Origin: Christensenella sp. UBA1782
GTDB lineage: Bacteria; Bacillota; Clostridia; Christensenellales; DTU072
Direction: 5' to 3'
Assembly: GCA_002315475.1 (NCBI GenBank)
Contig: DCGI01000083.1
Span: 778-24,777, forward strand
Length of the DNA: 24,000 nt
Position numbers and translations under genes: made by a program. Positions 22,336-24,000 of this stretch are shown here, piece after piece. A model generated the notes under the pieces. It worked only from the letters and a program-made list of their open reading frames with translations. It did not search any database and had not been told where the DNA came from. Position 1 is the stretch's first letter. Each line of letters starts with the position of its first letter.

Positions 22336-23120
22336 TTCCGGTAGCGGCGGGCATCGCGTTCTCGTTTGCGACGACATCTGTTCCCATGTCGAAATGCGCT
22401 TATGCCGATATGAACAGCGGATATATCGTTATGGAAGGCGATCGGATAATCAAGGGAGAAAACTACCGTGTCCGGATGCCGATGGCAAGCACGACGAAAA
22501 TCATGACGGCTTTACTGCTTTGCGAAAACTGTCTACCCGACGAAAAAGTAATCGTTCCCGACGAAGGCGTGGGCATCGAGGGTAGCTCCATGTATCTGCA
22601 AAAAGGAGAGGAATATACCGTCAAAGAGCTATTGCTCGGTTTGATGCTTCGCAGCGGAAACGACTGTGCGGTAACCCTCGCTTTGTATATGGGCGGAAGC
22701 GTAAAAAACTTCGTCGATATGATGAATCTGCGTGCCGAAAGTCTGGGACTTAGCGATACCCATTTCGAAAATCCGAACGGATTGCACCACGATAATCATT
22801 ACACCACCTGTTACGACTTATGCAAACTCGGTCAATTCGCCTTAAAAAATCCGCTTTTTGCCGAAATCGTATCCACAAAACTCTGCATCGTAGGAAAAGG
22901 AGACTACCGAAAAACGCTGAAAAACAAGAATAAAATTCTCTTTGAATACGACGGGGGGAACGGCGTCAAAACGGGATACACGAAAAAAGCGGGGAGATGT
23001 TTGGTTTCTTCCGCCAAACGGGAAAACCGACAACTGGTCGCCGTTTGCTTAAACGTGCCCGATATGTTCGGACTCTGTAAAAATCTCTTAGATTACGGTT
23101 TTTCACAAAAAGGGGCGTAA
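22293..23120 (+). CDS. Short D-alanyl-D-alanine carboxypeptidase (S11 catalytic domain only)
   Basis: 275-aa ORF with GGAGG at 22284-22288, a signal/TM segment, and the SxxK (ASTTKIMT), SxN (RSGNDCAV) and KTG (VKTGYT) motifs. It has no PBP5-type C-terminal domain. It overlaps ytfJ by 43 nt. Confidence 0.85.
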   Translation: MGKIHRKSFQILFLIPVAAGIAFSFATTSVPMSKCAYADMNSGYIVMEGDRIIKGENYRVRMPMASTTKIMTALLLCENCLPDEKVIVPDEGVGIEGSSMYLQKGEEYTVKELLLGLMLRSGNDCAVTLALYMGGSVKNFVDMMNLRAESLGLSDTHFENPNGLHHDNHYTTCYDLCKLGQFALKNPLFAEIVSTKLCIVGKGDYRKTLKNKNKILFEYDGGNGVKTGYTKKAGRCLVSSAKRENRQLVAVCLNVPDMFGLCKNLLDYGFSQKGA

Positions 23121-23125
23121 CTTGG

Positions 23126-23154
23126 TTGCTTTTTCTTCATTTTTTTGATATACT
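23126..23154 (+). promoter_or_regulatory. SigmaA promoter (extended -10) for rluB
   Basis: TTGCTT (23126-23131), 17 nt, then TATACT (23149-23154), preceded by TGa. Confidence 0.45.
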
Positions 23155-23178
23155 CATAAAAAACAAAGGAATGAAATC

Positions 23179-23892
23179 ATGCGTATCAACAAATATATCG
23201 CTTCTTCCGGACTCTGTTCGAGAAGAGCCGCCGAAGAACTCATTACGGCGGGAAAAGTAAAAGTCAATAACAAAGTCGTCACCAACCTTTCCACCGATAT
23301 TAACGAAGAAAACGATACCGTCGTGGTAGACGGAAGAAAAATCGAACCTGCCGGCAGATTCATTTATATTATGTTCCATAAACCGAAAGGGTGCGTATGC
23401 ACGTTAAAAGACGACAAAGGCAGAAAAACCATTATGGACTTTTTGAAAGACTTTGAAGGAAAACGGATTTATCCCGTAGGCAGACTGGACTACGACACCG
23501 AAGGACTTTTACTCTTAACCAACGACGGCGACTTTGCAAACGCCCTGACGCAACCTTCTTCCGAAATTTCCAAAACCTATTCGGTAAAAATCGAAGGAAG
23601 TCTTGTGGAAAGCGAGCTTGCCACCATGCGAAACGGCATGACGATAGACGGCATCAAACTTCGCAAATGTAAAATTCGCATTACCGAGCAGGACGAAAAA
23701 TTCACGAAACTGGAAGTTACCATTTTCGAAGGCAAAAATCGACAGATACATCGCATGTTCGAAACAATGGGAAAAACCGTCGTATTCTTAAAACGAATAC
23801 AAATCGAGGAGTTAAAACTGGGCGGATTGACGAGGGGAACCTACCGATATCTTACCGACAAAGAAGTAGCGCGCCTGAAAGGGTTGGCGTAA
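23179..23892 (+). CDS. rluB: RsuA/RluB-family 23S rRNA pseudouridine synthase (S4 domain + catalytic domain)
   Basis: 237-aa ORF (MRINKYIASSGLCSRRAAEELITAGKVKVN, YIMFHKPKG, VGRLDYDTEGLLLLTNDG, GKNRQIHRMFE). Confidence 0.85.
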   Translation: MRINKYIASSGLCSRRAAEELITAGKVKVNNKVVTNLSTDINEENDTVVVDGRKIEPAGRFIYIMFHKPKGCVCTLKDDKGRKTIMDFLKDFEGKRIYPVGRLDYDTEGLLLLTNDGDFANALTQPSSEISKTYSVKIEGSLVESELATMRNGMTIDGIKLRKCKIRITEQDEKFTKLEVTIFEGKNRQIHRMFETMGKTVVFLKRIQIEELKLGGLTRGTYRYLTDKEVARLKGLA

Positions 23893-23898
23893 ACCGAG

Positions 23899-23924
23899 AA
23901 AACACAGTTCGCTGTGTTTTTTTT
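23899..23924 (+). terminator. Rho-independent terminator after rluB
   Basis: AAAACACAG (23899-23907), TTCG loop, CTGTGTTTT (23912-23920), with the T-run continuing to 23924. Confidence 0.75.
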
Positions 23925-23947
23925 ATGAAATTATTACCATGAAGAAG

Positions 23948-23976
23948 TTGATTTTTTGCAAGTTTTATTATATAAT
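23948..23976 (+). promoter_or_regulatory. SigmaA promoter for a gene beyond the window end
   Basis: TTGATT (23948-23953), 17 nt, then TATAAT (23971-23976). Confidence 0.4.
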
Positions 23977-24000
23977 GGTATCTGTTTGAGTTTCAAACTT

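Noticed and set aside
21849-22377. Two minus-strand ORFs (157 and 151 aa) opposite ytfJ and the start of the second dac gene.
   Set aside because: Both are antisense to two recognisable genes, they overlap each other in different frames, and they have no SD. They are most likely artefacts of the low stop-codon content here.
23984-23998. Inverted repeat GTTTGA-GTT-TCAAAC just downstream of the last promoter, a possible operator or 5' hairpin.
   Set aside because: It is only 6 bp, it lies at the very edge of the window, and the regulated gene is not visible. It cannot be interpreted.
1-24000. Searched for CRISPR repeats, IS or transposon ends, integrases, tRNA/rRNA genes, toxin-antitoxin pairs and defence-system gene signatures.
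   Set aside because: I noticed no regularly spaced direct repeats, no transposase- or integrase-like ORFs, no cloverleaf-type sequences and no small overlapping gene pairs. All ORFs of meaningful size are accounted for by core or sporulation genes.

Overview
The window is 24 kb of chromosome from an endospore-forming Firmicute, with a Clostridia-like gene order. Every supported gene is on the + strand. In order: spoIIAB (3' part)-sigF, spoVAC-AD-AE, an M24 Xaa-Pro peptidase and efp, the complete spoIIIAA-AH operon, an Asp23-family gene, nusB-folD-xseA-xseB, an ORF-free structured RNA of about 560 nt followed by a 4-TM membrane protein and tlyA, argR-recN, spoIVB, an uncharacterised Cys-rich membrane protein, an S11 DD-carboxypeptidase, an M50 site-2-type protease, scpA-scpB, a ytfI-like ORF, ytfJ, a second short DD-carboxypeptidase and rluB. 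I found no CRISPR arrays, mobile elements, rRNA or tRNA genes. The main finding is 12163-13377, which I read as an OLE (ornate, large, extremophilic) RNA with its own consensus promoter, joined to its membrane partner OapA. The ispA and dxs genes that usually surround this locus are missing. Secondary findings: a recurrent forespore-type (sigmaF/G-like) promoter motif upstream of the genes expected to carry it; a hairpin that sequesters the spoIVB Shine-Dalgarno (SD) and would form only in read-through transcripts; a ytfI-like gene split by a T8 homopolymer; several genes whose ATG lies a few nt downstream of a -10 box with no SD (candidate leaderless mRNAs); a palindromic operator in the argR promoter; and no spo0A downstream of spoIVB. 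All family assignments come from reading the translations and from synteny. No searches were run.
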